A stretch of DNA of 64,000 bases from a virus, in IMG/VR virus record IMGVR_UViG_3300044846_005371, positions 56,169-120,168 of that record, one strand, 5' to 3'. Under the pieces are notes generated by a model. It saw only the letters and a program-made list of their open reading frames with translations. It had not been told where the DNA came from and did no database searches. This document shows, piece by piece, positions 38,985 through 48,323 of the stretch. Both the position numbers and the translations under genes were made by a program. The first letter of the stretch is position 1. Every line of letters begins with the position of its first letter.

Positions 38985-39183
38985 AGAAATAATACAACAC
39001 CTATTGGAGATGATGGAAAAGTTTTCAGGTGAGCCAGGCAGAACAATATCAGAATCGAACTTTTCAGACTTTGAAAAGTATGCAATTAGTTATCTTAAAA
39101 AGAATCTGTTAATTACTCGAGAATCAGCTATTTCAGAATTTAACTGGTTCGTCAATAAGTACCACATCTCAGTTGTTAAATAG
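38938..39183 (+). CDS. Hypothetical protein
   Basis: 81-aa ORF; true start probably an internal ATG near 38971. Confidence 0.55.
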   Translation: MTLILIINTIQMSNNREIIQHLLEMMEKFSGEPGRTISESNFSDFEKYAISYLKKNLLITRESAISEFNWFVNKYHISVVK

Positions 39184-39237
39184 AGGATCACGGATGGACT
39201 TATTATCTAATTAAATATTTCTAAGTATCACACATAA

Positions 39238-39263
39238 AAAAAGAGGACCGAAGTCCTCTTTTT
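39238..39263 (-). terminator. Rho-independent terminator after the major capsid gene, C(UUCG)G tetraloop
   Basis: Minus strand AAAAAGAGGAC-TTCG-GTCCTCTTTTT; probably bidirectional. Confidence 0.9.
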
Positions 39264-39281
39264 CATTTATCTACGTTTCTA

Positions 39282-40910
39282 TTAAGGAACGATAGTAGTT
39301 GATCCAGTCAAGATACCAATAGCGCCATCTGACAATGTCATAGTAACGTATTGAGTTTCTGGATGCCATCCAGCCTCGGTGATAGCATAACGAGACTTCA
39401 TTCCGATCTTAGGAGAGAAAGTTCCCTCTGCGATAGTTTGAAGAGACTCGGCCATGATGTAAGGCATGAATTTAACACCTGGTTCTTCATCAGCACCTTT
39501 ACGTCCGAAAACGATACGATCTGATCCGAAAGGCAAGTTAGGATCTACAAATACTTGTACTCCATAAACTTTACCAGCAGGATACAATTGACCAGCTGTT
39601 CCAGCGAAGTCGCTAGGAACTTGAGCGATGCTGTAACCAGCAACGTCAGCCAACGCAGAAGCAACACGACCACCACATACCATGAAGGTAGCAGCACCGA
39701 AACGACCTCTGTGATAGATCAAGTTAGCTAATTCAAGAACCTTAGTAACGAAACGACGTTGCAAAGTTGAAGTGTTATCGAAAGAACCTGCAGCCAAGTT
39801 CAAAGTAACAACATCAGAACCTTCTAATGCAATCGCTTGGTTAGCACCAGCCTCACCCATTTGGAATACACGGTCAACCAAACGCTTGTTGATTGATTGT
39901 GCTAAGTCATTAACTGCAACGTTTTCCAACATTGAGATAACATCATAGTTCCAAACACGGTTTAAGTCTTGGATTTGCTCAACAGTAGCAGAGATAGCAA
40001 CTTGGTCAGTTTCAGCCTCTACAAACTTGGTGAACATACGAAGACCCATTTGACGGAACTTAGAGTTCTCACCTTGTTCACGACGCATTGCACCAGGAAC
40101 ATCACCAGTAGCTGGCAAGTATGGACCATTGAATGCAGCACCTTGATAATCCTCATCAGATACGCTAGTGAAACCAGAAATATGGTTTTCAAGAGCAGAT
40201 ACTAATTGTACATCAGCTGAAGCAACTGTGTAGTTAGGAGCAGTGTTTGCACCGATTGCAGTGATGTTACCTACTAAGTCACCAGCGACTGTGTCACCAG
40301 CACCCAATTCCTCTTCTACTTTAATGATCAAATGACCATCTACGCGAGAGAAACCTACGAATGTGTAAGCTCCAGTAGCAGCACTGTGTACGATTGAATC
40401 ACCAGGAGTGAAAGTACCACCACCTAAAGCAGCAGCAGTTGCTCCAACGATTTTAACCAAATATGGTTCGAATTCGCTAGTAGTACGACCACCTGCGTAA
40501 ACGTAATCCAAATAAGGTAAGAAACCTACTGGAGAATCCATAGGAACTACTGGAACAAGGTCGAAACCAATTGTCTTAGCAGCAACTTGGATAGCTACTG
40601 GAAGTAAGCTTGGGAATTTATCACCAGAACCACCAGTAGTAGTTTTAGCACCATTAAAATAAGGTGCTTGAGTGTTCAATGGAGCAACTGGGTTACCCAT
40701 GCCATTTAAAGCGCCAGGAGTTTGCAAGAACTGACCAGGAGATGCTTGCTCGAAAAGAGGAGTAGCATTTTCGAACATTGCGTGGTTATGAGCGTAATCT
40801 ACTAACCAAGGCGTCTTGTTCAAATCTGCACCATGTCCTTCCAATACAGGCTTCCAAGTAGTTGCTAAACGATTGTCGCTAGAACGTTTGAAAATTTTTG
40901 TACGTGCCAT
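39282..40910 (-). CDS. g23: Major capsid protein (gp23-like)
   Basis: WKPVLE, DLVPVVPMDSPVG, DLAQSINKR, ANLIYHRGRFGAATF, GVKFMPYI and KSRYA. Confidence 0.93.
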   Translation of the reverse strand: MARTKIFKRSSDNRLATTWKPVLEGHGADLNKTPWLVDYAHNHAMFENATPLFEQASPGQFLQTPGALNGMGNPVAPLNTQAPYFNGAKTTTGGSGDKFPSLLPVAIQVAAKTIGFDLVPVVPMDSPVGFLPYLDYVYAGGRTTSEFEPYLVKIVGATAAALGGGTFTPGDSIVHSAATGAYTFVGFSRVDGHLIIKVEEELGAGDTVAGDLVGNITAIGANTAPNYTVASADVQLVSALENHISGFTSVSDEDYQGAAFNGPYLPATGDVPGAMRREQGENSKFRQMGLRMFTKFVEAETDQVAISATVEQIQDLNRVWNYDVISMLENVAVNDLAQSINKRLVDRVFQMGEAGANQAIALEGSDVVTLNLAAGSFDNTSTLQRRFVTKVLELANLIYHRGRFGAATFMVCGGRVASALADVAGYSIAQVPSDFAGTAGQLYPAGKVYGVQVFVDPNLPFGSDRIVFGRKGADEEPGVKFMPYIMAESLQTIAEGTFSPKIGMKSRYAITEAGWHPETQYVTMTLSDGAIGILTGSTTIVP

Positions 40911-40941
40911 TTTTTGATTTGATTTTTTTAGTTACTTGTTA

Positions 40942-42891
40942 TTAACCGTTTGCTCGGCGAAGCAAACCGTCCAAGTATGATTGAGAGTAACCTCTCTGCA
41001 TATCAACTACCTGTTCTACAGGAATTAGGCCTTCTGTACCTTGGCTTTCGTTGAGTTTTGCTATTTTTAAATTATGTTTTTCAATTTCAACTCTTTCATT
41101 TACTGCTCTGAAATCCATTTCGTCCCAAAATGCTTTTGCTTGATATGGAGTATTGATAGTAAATAATTGAGCCTTTGCATGAATTCTGTTTTGCTCAGAC
41201 TCATTCATAGTTGTCCATACTGATTTGTATTCAGCTGGCATAAAACGTAAGTAGTTAGGAAGATCTGCAGCTTGCTTATTAACTACTGCTTCCATGATAC
41301 TCATTACTTCGTTCTCATTGAACCATACTGATCCATTCAAAGTTTCAACAACTGCTTGCTTAGTTTGAGAATCTAAGTTATAGAAAGCAGAGCGATTTGA
41401 TTCAGAAAGAACTTTCAAGAAAGGATGCTTGTTTTCCAAAACTTCTTTAGCTGATTTGTTCTTAACTTGAATCAACGCTTCGTCAACTTTAGAAATCAAT
41501 TGATCTACTTTACTAACTCCATTTAAAAGATTACGACCTTCTGCTGGAGTGAATGATCCGCTATTTAATGATTCTACCACATACTCAGTGTATCCAATAG
41601 ATTCAGTTAGTTTGTTAGAGATATAGTCAGAATAATCGCGATTCAAATTCAAGTTTTCAGCTAAATATTCAGAATACTCTAATCCTTTGTTAGCACCTTC
41701 TGCAACATACTCAATGTATTGAATAGACTCATCCAATTCCTTACCTAAGTAGTTTTGATAGTTGATGCTAGTGTTTAAGTTTTCTTTCAAATACTCAGAG
41801 TACTTAATGTTTTGATCAACTTTCTCAGCAACATACTCTTGGTAATTGATGCTCTGATTCAATTTTTCTCCAATGTAGCTAGTGTACTCAATAGAATTAT
41901 TGGTAGTCTCAGCAACGTGCTCAGTATAACGAATTGCTTCGTTCATTTTCTTGCTTAAGTATTCAGTGTAGTTAATTAGACCTTCCATGTTCTCAGCTAA
42001 GTAATTAACAAAGCCAGTCAATTTAGAAGAGTCCACATCAGAATTAGAAGATTCAAGCAAAGATTTTTGCTCTTTTAATTCTTTCTTAATACCCTGAATC
42101 TGTTGTTTCAATACTTCAGAATACTGATTCATCTGATCCTTTGTTACGAAATCGGCCATTTGCGATGTATTTTTTTCTTGAGATATGGATGTTTCAAATA
42201 CAGATTTGAATTCCTTATCTTTTTTATTTATCTTGTACACTTTATAATTATCTGCAAAATTTAAACTTTCAGATACGTCATCCAGGTTATGAGTTTCAAC
42301 AAATGATCTATTCTTCATAGCATCATAGCTCTCAGTTATCATCTCAAACTCACTCTTTAGAGACTCATTCATAGTTTTCTTAAGAACTGCTTGTGTAAAA
42401 CCAGGCTCACCTACTAAATCGTAAGTAAAGATTCTGTGTAATCTAACTCGCCCTTCTGATAAAACCTCTCCTGCTGATCTTGATGATACTGATAGAGTAA
42501 CTCCACCGTCTAATAAAGCTTTTGCAATCTTTCCATTTGGAGTGTTTTCCAAAATTCTCAATTTGATCATCACCTTATTGTCACCATCAAAATATAAATC
42601 TTCGATGATATGTGATGCGCTCTTTAGAGTAACATCAAAATGAGGTGGGTGGTCAAGATCTCCAACAAGTTGACCTTTTGAGATTTTCTCCTTTAAATAT
42701 GAAAGGTGTGGTAGATATTCGTTCTTTTCGTATACTCTACGATTGTTATTCATTTCGCCGAATACTGCGCAAACTCCCTCCAATATCGTGTTGTTTTGAG
42801 ATCTGCTCTTTACTGCTAAATCTTCTCCAACATTTTCAACGATCAGAACCCAATCGTTTGGCAAGTTTGAATTTAAAGAATTACTCTTCAA
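40942..42891 (-). CDS. g21: Prohead protease (gp21-like) fused to a long scaffold-like domain
   Basis: NNNRRVY, GDLDHP, VSSRSAG and TYDLVGEPGF in the first ~170 aa, followed by coiled-coil and 14-aa repeats. Confidence 0.85.
   Translation of the reverse strand: MKSNSLNSNLPNDWVLIVENVGEDLAVKSRSQNNTILEGVCAVFGEMNNNRRVYEKNEYLPHLSYLKEKISKGQLVGDLDHPPHFDVTLKSASHIIEDLYFDGDNKVMIKLRILENTPNGKIAKALLDGGVTLSVSSRSAGEVLSEGRVRLHRIFTYDLVGEPGFTQAVLKKTMNESLKSEFEMITESYDAMKNRSFVETHNLDDVSESLNFADNYKVYKINKKDKEFKSVFETSISQEKNTSQMADFVTKDQMNQYSEVLKQQIQGIKKELKEQKSLLESSNSDVDSSKLTGFVNYLAENMEGLINYTEYLSKKMNEAIRYTEHVAETTNNSIEYTSYIGEKLNQSINYQEYVAEKVDQNIKYSEYLKENLNTSINYQNYLGKELDESIQYIEYVAEGANKGLEYSEYLAENLNLNRDYSDYISNKLTESIGYTEYVVESLNSGSFTPAEGRNLLNGVSKVDQLISKVDEALIQVKNKSAKEVLENKHPFLKVLSESNRSAFYNLDSQTKQAVVETLNGSVWFNENEVMSIMEAVVNKQAADLPNYLRFMPAEYKSVWTTMNESEQNRIHAKAQLFTINTPYQAKAFWDEMDFRAVNERVEIEKHNLKIAKLNESQGTEGLIPVEQVVDMQRGYSQSYLDGLLRRANG
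41563..42012 (-). repeat. About 10-11 tandem 14-aa repeats (I-x-Y-x-E-Y-[LV]-A-E-x-L) in the scaffold domain
   Basis: NYLAENM/NYTEYLSKKM/RYTEHVAETT/EYTSYIGEKL/NYQEYVAEKV/KYSEYLKENL/NYQNYLGKEL/QYIEYVAEGA/EYSEYLAENL/DYSDYISNKL/GYTEYVVESL. Confidence 0.85.
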
Positions 42892-42902
42892 AGCCTAAAA
42901 TT

Positions 42903-42917
42903 TTTTTATTATTTATT
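42903..42917 (-). promoter_or_regulatory. Putative late promoter of the head operon
   Basis: AATAAATAATAAAAA. Confidence 0.6.
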
Positions 42918-42949
42918 ATAGGCTTTTTGTAAAAACTTGTGAGTTTTCC

Positions 42950-43891
42950 CTATTTACTTAGGAGATCTTTTAGAATTATTAATTCTTCCTCACTTAAACT
43001 AGATAAATCTGGGCCAAGTACTTTAAATCTAACTACATAATCTCCTCTTATTCCATCAACTTTCATTATGCCCTGTTGCTTTATTGTTAATTTAAGAGAG
43101 CTTAAATTTTTAGCTGAATTGAATTCAGCGTCGTATTGCTTATCAAATATTGTAGATATTCTAACCTTCTCTCCCTTAAGTATTGCCTGATGCAGAGGAA
43201 TTTCAAGTTCATGCACAACTAATCCATCTTCTAATTTAAGATTAACTGCATTCATCAATTCAATGTGAACATATAGATCACCTGCATGAAATACAGATTC
43301 AATATCTCCCCAAATTCCAACTTTACCTATTCTTTCCTCGTGCCCTAATTTTTGAATTCTTACCTTGATTACATTCTTTCCATCTTCTGAAATAATATTA
43401 AACTTTTTTTCGCTTAAATTTATTTCGACAGATATCGTCTTTTCTTCCGTTCCAAATGACTGGTCAGGTTGAATAACTCTTCGTGCCACGTCAAATTCTA
43501 TCTTTGTTCCAAGTAAAGCATCAGCTAGTCCTAAGCTAACGGTATGAACTATATCTAGGTGTTGTGTTTGCTCCTTTACCTTCTTTTCAGTAAAGCCAGA
43601 GCCACGTCTAAAGTCTTTTCTAAAGGACTCGTTAGATCTAACGAAATCATCAAATGAAAAATCTGAATTGCGACTTCTTCCATAATTAAATTTAGGTGCA
43701 TCATGTTCCTTTCTCTTTTTTTCATCCCCTAGTACTGAGTATGCTTCCGCAATTTCCTTAAATTTGTCAGCCGCTCCATCTTCCTTATTTTTATCGGGAT
43801 GATACTTTACCGCAAGCTTACGATAGGCTTTTTTAATCTCATCAGCCGTTGCTGATTTATTAATGCCGAGTATTTTGTAGTAATCCTTCAT
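42950..43891 (-). CDS. dnaJ: DnaJ-family co-chaperone (J domain + C-terminal domain, no Zn finger)
   Basis: DYYKILG...[17 protein letters not shown]...[13 protein letters not shown]; GDLYV. Confidence 0.9.
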   Translation of the reverse strand: MKDYYKILGINKSATADEIKKAYRKLAVKYHPDKNKEDGAADKFKEIAEAYSVLGDEKKRKEHDAPKFNYGRSRNSDFSFDDFVRSNESFRKDFRRGSGFTEKKVKEQTQHLDIVHTVSLGLADALLGTKIEFDVARRVIQPDQSFGTEEKTISVEINLSEKKFNIISEDGKNVIKVRIQKLGHEERIGKVGIWGDIESVFHAGDLYVHIELMNAVNLKLEDGLVVHELEIPLHQAILKGEKVRISTIFDKQYDAEFNSAKNLSSLKLTIKQQGIMKVDGIRGDYVVRFKVLGPDLSSLSEEELIILKDLLSK

Positions 43892-43918
43892 AAACTTTTA
43901 CGATCAAATATTGTATAA
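43892..43918 (+). promoter_or_regulatory. Putative early/middle promoter AAACTT-N15-GTATAA
   Basis: Recurrent bipartite motif. Confidence 0.5.
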
Positions 43919-43946
43919 GAAAAAACAAATAAGTTTTCTATTATTT

Positions 43947-44237
43947 ATGATAACTCCAAAGAAAGTATACGAATTTTTCGAAGGTAACTTGAAAATGTTA
44001 GGTGATGAATTTGGCCTGCTTGCCGATCATCAAAAGGAGCAAGTTTTGTATAGAATGGAAAAATGCAAAGATGATTGCGTTAAATTTCAATACTGCATAT
44101 ATTGCGGATGTGACGTTCCTGGAAAACTATACGTTAAGCGTTCCTGTAACGACGGTGCACGTTTTCCAGATATCATGAATAAGACCGATTGGGAAAAATT
44201 CAAAGAAGAAAACAACATTGTCATAAAAAGACTTTGA
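43947..44237 (+). CDS. Small Cys-rich hypothetical protein
   Basis: CKDDC...CIYCGC...C. ATG at 43947 preferred over 43911. Confidence 0.65.
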   Translation: MITPKKVYEFFEGNLKMLGDEFGLLADHQKEQVLYRMEKCKDDCVKFQYCIYCGCDVPGKLYVKRSCNDGARFPDIMNKTDWEKFKEENNIVIKRL

Positions 44238-45029
44238 TTACTTACTCACTTTCACTGAACTTGACAATAGCAAAGCTTGTTGAACAGCTGCCGTTGCTAC
44301 TCCTGGTGAAGGTGGGAATTTAGCGTCAGCTGTTGCTGCAATAATCTGTAAAGCAGCTATTAGCGCTTCTCCAAGAACTGCTGAATTTGTGGGAATCTTT
44401 CCTATTTTTACAGAAGATCCATCTGCTACTATCTCAGCGGATGCTACTTCAACTTTACTTGCGCTAGTTATGTTAACTGTACTATTCGAGACTATTTTAA
44501 TCTCAGATCCTCTAAGTTCGATAGATGATTGCGAATCCGCATGTGAAATAGTTATAGCTTTATCTTGACCTATGCTTATCCTAGATCCCTTTAGTTCAAC
44601 GATTAGTCCATCTGTCATGTTAAACCATATCTTAAGCTCCTCATCTCCGTCAAATAATATGACATGCGAACCAAAATATTTTCCTTCTTTGTTGAACTCA
44701 TCCTTAATATCATCAGCTAACTCATGTACTGAGAAAAATTCAGGTGAATACTTATTACCGTTATCGAATCTAACTGCAACTACTGCACCTATTTTTGGAA
44801 CAGAGACTGCTGCCGATTTACCGTCCTTTCCAAAGTAAGCACTTTTTTGCTTAGGGTACGCCCATGGAAGATCTTGAGTTTCTATTCCTTCATGCAAACC
44901 AAATACTCTAATCTTACAGCGACCTTCTCTACGAAGGTCATTAGCATCTTCGACTATTCCCAAGTACTGCTTATCTAATAGATCGTCAGTGTCCCTTACT
45001 TCAATATCGTGATTGTTACTTTCAATCAT
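44238..45029 (-). CDS. Baseplate central spike, gp5/VgrG-like OB-fold without lysozyme domain
   Basis: YLGIVED.ND...GRCKIRVFGLH...LPWAYP...VPKIGAVVAV.F.NG. Confidence 0.8.
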   Translation of the reverse strand: MIESNNHDIEVRDTDDLLDKQYLGIVEDANDLRREGRCKIRVFGLHEGIETQDLPWAYPKQKSAYFGKDGKSAAVSVPKIGAVVAVRFDNGNKYSPEFFSVHELADDIKDEFNKEGKYFGSHVILFDGDEELKIWFNMTDGLIVELKGSRISIGQDKAITISHADSQSSIELRGSEIKIVSNSTVNITSASKVEVASAEIVADGSSVKIGKIPTNSAVLGEALIAALQIIAATADAKFPPSPGVATAAVQQALLLSSSVKVSK

Positions 45030-45038
45030 TACAGTATC

Positions 45039-45064
45039 TTATATCAATTCTTTTTAAAAGGTTT
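45039..45064 (-). promoter_or_regulatory. Putative promoter AAACCT-N14-ATATAA
   Basis: Recurrent bipartite motif. Confidence 0.4.
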
Positions 45065-45065
45065 A

Positions 45066-46229
45066 TTAGTATACTTTTCCACTAGGTGGCGCTTGTCTAG
45101 CAGGTGGTGTATCTCCATTAGTTGAATATCCACTTTCGTACGCATCTCCAAGTGATGTTACTCCTCCAAATGAGCCAGTTCCAACAAAATTGGCAGCAGC
45201 TGCTAATGCAGGATTTATGAAGCCTCCGATGTTACTTGCTGCTTGCTGTGCAGCTGCTGTAGCTGAATTGATCGCGTTTCCAATTGGAGCAAATCCACTC
45301 ATAAAAGTTCCAACGTTCTGAACATTTGTTCCAATATTTCTATTACCCCATGGATTTTGAACTGCTGTTTTGCTTGGCATATCGAAGGTTTTAGTTCCAT
45401 CTCCAAATGAGTTTTCTTCCTCATAGAAACCAATATTTATAGCAAATTTATTAGTTGCTTGCTGAGCTTGGCCTCCGCCTACTGCATTAATGCTAGGTAA
45501 ACTATCGGAAAAATCAAATTCGCACATTGAACACTTAAATTTAATGTATCCGTACTGATCCATCACATTAGCAAACTGATTTCCAGATCCGGCTAAACTG
45601 CTTAATGCTGCTGTGTTTACTCCAGCAAATTGAGCAACTCCTTGAGCAACTCCAGGAAGACGATACCTAAGATTTCTAAATTCTGCAATATAGATGTCCA
45701 TGTTAAACCATCGCAAGTTATCAGGTACTCTGGCTCTCATATAGAATTTATCATAAATTGAATTTCTATATAGGTCAGCAATTTCAGTTAATCGTAAATC
45801 GACTGCCTCTAGAGTGTTTATTTCAAGTCTAACTGGATTTTTCATACTCTTGCTACCTGACTTAGTGTCAGTAGCATTTTTCCAAAGAGAATTCAAACCC
45901 TGAATGCTATTAAAATACCAAGGAGCATTGAATGTTAAGTATTTAAGAATTTCCTTAAATGTCTTTAGTGCATTTGCTTGAGGCACATATCCGCGATTGA
46001 TCAGATAATTCTGTGCGCTATTTGGATCATCATTTGCATCGCCCTTTGCATTTTTGAAGAGTGGGCTTGCATGCAAGAAATAATCAGGTCCTTCGACCGT
46101 TGTAAAAGAAGTAGCTTCAAAGTTAAAATCGATAGCGAAAGTCAAGTAAGTAGGTTCATCGAATGGATCCATGAAAACACCCTTTCTGAAGTTATCGGTC
46201 TTTGTTCGTATGTTTAAAAAATTATGCAT
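45066..46229 (-). CDS. Baseplate/tube-associated structural protein
   Basis: Position in the baseplate cluster; tube-like LEINTLEAVDLR...NLRWFNMDIYI segment. Confidence 0.5.
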   Translation of the reverse strand: MHNFLNIRTKTDNFRKGVFMDPFDEPTYLTFAIDFNFEATSFTTVEGPDYFLHASPLFKNAKGDANDDPNSAQNYLINRGYVPQANALKTFKEILKYLTFNAPWYFNSIQGLNSLWKNATDTKSGSKSMKNPVRLEINTLEAVDLRLTEIADLYRNSIYDKFYMRARVPDNLRWFNMDIYIAEFRNLRYRLPGVAQGVAQFAGVNTAALSSLAGSGNQFANVMDQYGYIKFKCSMCEFDFSDSLPSINAVGGGQAQQATNKFAINIGFYEEENSFGDGTKTFDMPSKTAVQNPWGNRNIGTNVQNVGTFMSGFAPIGNAINSATAAAQQAASNIGGFINPALAAAANFVGTGSFGGVTSLGDAYESGYSTNGDTPPARQAPPSGKVY

Positions 46230-46237
46230 CTATTAAA

Positions 46238-47731
46238 TTATTTATCGGATTGCTTCCACTCACGTCTCATTAAAAAGTATTCAGTATGAAACTTATTTTC
46301 CTTTTTCCCCAAGCTATCAAATATGAACTTTGCTCCACCTATGTAATATGCACTACTTAACTGGGTGTCTACGACCTCTGTCATATTATTCTTTTTAGCA
46401 TCTTCTGAATCTGTTTTTTCAAGTTCAGTATCTTGTCTATTTTTTGAGATATTGTCGTCGACTGATAATTTTATCTCAACCGGCACTTTCATTCCTCTAA
46501 CTATTTGAAAGTTTATACCATTCACCCTAGCGAAAAGCATTATCTTTCTAAGTTCCTTTAAGTTATGATCGTTCAATAATCTAGCTGCATTCCATTCTCT
46601 ATGAGTGTTTCCATAGTTGATGTTCATCCACTTCTTTGCTAAGCTTTCTCTAAACTCCTTATTTTCAGGAATTAAAGGAATATTGCCAGATGAATCTGAT
46701 GTGTAAATTGCATTCATATTAAAGGTGGTAAACTTATTCTTAGATTCAGTTTCTTCCTTAAAATGATCGTAATAATATATTTGCTTCTTATATCCATTCT
46801 TCTTCAAAATCCTTCCTTGCTCAGATAATAATGAATATTCTTCAATAAATACAGACTTTCCTTCTTTTGAACTATCTGTGCTTAAAAATATGGGTAGTTC
46901 AGTATCAGTTAGATTAGTATCTGCTCCATTTGCGTTGATTTGACTTGTTTCAAGAACTCCCGTGTCTGGAGAAACTTGCATAGTTTTTTGAACTTCTCCT
47001 GGGCTTAACTGAACTTGAACATTAATATAATTCAAATAATACCATTTATCGATATACACTTCAAAAAATGAGTCTTCGTTTTGATACGAATGAGCTGCAA
47101 TGTCTTTAATGAAGTCAAAATATGTAGTGTTAGTGTTTACCCATGTCATCGAATCATTTGGCGCAGAATCATTTTCTGCAAATCCCAATCCTAAATCAGT
47201 TGCTATCGCTTTTAACGCATCCTTCGACGACATGTTTCTATAGCTTTTTGAAACATTTGCATAGAGCTTTGGCACAAACAGTTCACCAAATATCGTATAA
47301 TCTATATTTTTTGCGCTAGGTATTAATTTACCTGAGGCTGATGATTTAACGTCAGTTATTAAGAAATCACATCTAATTGGCTTAAGTACATCTCCTGTAA
47401 CTTTGATGTAAACTGAAACTAACGTGTCAGTTTTAGGAAAATTATTTCCAGAAAAAATACCTTCTTTGTCCTTAAATGAGAGCATCACTCTAGGTAAAAA
47501 TCCAGTTTCATCAATCTTTAAGTAGTCTAACGCTTTTTCTGGAAGCTGTATTGATCCGATCATTACAAAAGGCTCAGTTGAACCATACCTTTGTGCAGAG
47601 TCCGGTTTATCTACTCCTACTTTTACTACAGATTGCGTATTCTTTTCGTTATTACCATCATACGCTGTAAACATCTCCTTTAAAGACACCTTAGGTAATA
47701 TTGTGCCTTTAAGTACTTGCTTAAAACCCAT
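46238..47731 (-). CDS. Baseplate hub protein (gp27-like)
   Basis: Position before the gp5-like gene; FLPRVMLSFKD and FEVYIDKWYYLNY pattern. Confidence 0.5.
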   Translation of the reverse strand: MGFKQVLKGTILPKVSLKEMFTAYDGNNEKNTQSVVKVGVDKPDSAQRYGSTEPFVMIGSIQLPEKALDYLKIDETGFLPRVMLSFKDKEGIFSGNNFPKTDTLVSVYIKVTGDVLKPIRCDFLITDVKSSASGKLIPSAKNIDYTIFGELFVPKLYANVSKSYRNMSSKDALKAIATDLGLGFAENDSAPNDSMTWVNTNTTYFDFIKDIAAHSYQNEDSFFEVYIDKWYYLNYINVQVQLSPGEVQKTMQVSPDTGVLETSQINANGADTNLTDTELPIFLSTDSSKEGKSVFIEEYSLLSEQGRILKKNGYKKQIYYYDHFKEETESKNKFTTFNMNAIYTSDSSGNIPLIPENKEFRESLAKKWMNINYGNTHREWNAARLLNDHNLKELRKIMLFARVNGINFQIVRGMKVPVEIKLSVDDNISKNRQDTELEKTDSEDAKKNNMTEVVDTQLSSAYYIGGAKFIFDSLGKKENKFHTEYFLMRREWKQSDK

Positions 47732-48321
47732 TAAAATAACTTATTTTTTATTAGAGCTTCCTGTAATCTTGTTCTGGAAATTGGAGCCGGACAATTTTTA
47801 CTATTAATTGTTGTAACATCCTCTCCAAATACTACTTTACCGTCCTTGATCTTCACATTCTTACTTCCAGGCTGATTAACATTTGGTGGAAGAATAGCAG
47901 CACCTGCCTTCTTCTTAAGATCATCTAATCTTGCCTGATCTTTTGTAGTTTTTGGATTATTAAATATAGATTCTTCGCTAGTTTTCTTCTCAACTCCCTT
48001 TTCAGGAACTGTTTTAGGAGGAGTAAACATTGACTCAATTGATGAATATGGAAGACACATTAAAATGTCTGCATAATCCACACTGAATGGGTTTGAAATC
48101 CCATTAAACTTTAAAATTGCATCAAATTTATTATGATCTCCATATATCCGGTTTGCAACCAAATCCGGTCTCATTACTTCGTCCTCATTTACCGCAATAT
48201 AACTCGTTCCAGCTGAGTTCAAAGTATTTGAGTTGAACGTACCGCTAGTTAGATCAACTACTTGATCTCCATTAGACTTAGTGAACAGCTTTTTCTTCTT
48301 AAATAGTCCTAGATTCAACAT
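47731..48321 (-). CDS. Baseplate wedge protein, gp53/LysM-like
   Basis: VMRPDLVANRIYGD...AILKFNGISNPF. Confidence 0.7.
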   Translation of the reverse strand: MLNLGLFKKKKLFTKSNGDQVVDLTSGTFNSNTLNSAGTSYIAVNEDEVMRPDLVANRIYGDHNKFDAILKFNGISNPFSVDYADILMCLPYSSIESMFTPPKTVPEKGVEKKTSEESIFNNPKTTKDQARLDDLKKKAGAAILPPNVNQPGSKNVKIKDGKVVFGEDVTTINSKNCPAPISRTRLQEALIKNKLF

Positions 48322-48323
48322 AA

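Noticed and set aside
42932-42948. AAAACT-TGTG-AGTTTT hairpin after dnaJ
   Set aside because: The stem is short and AT-rich, too weak to call a terminator.
46236-46246. GATAAATA box upstream of the 46229 gene
   Set aside because: It coincides with the last codons and stop of the upstream gene and leaves almost no leader, so it may be chance in AT-rich DNA.
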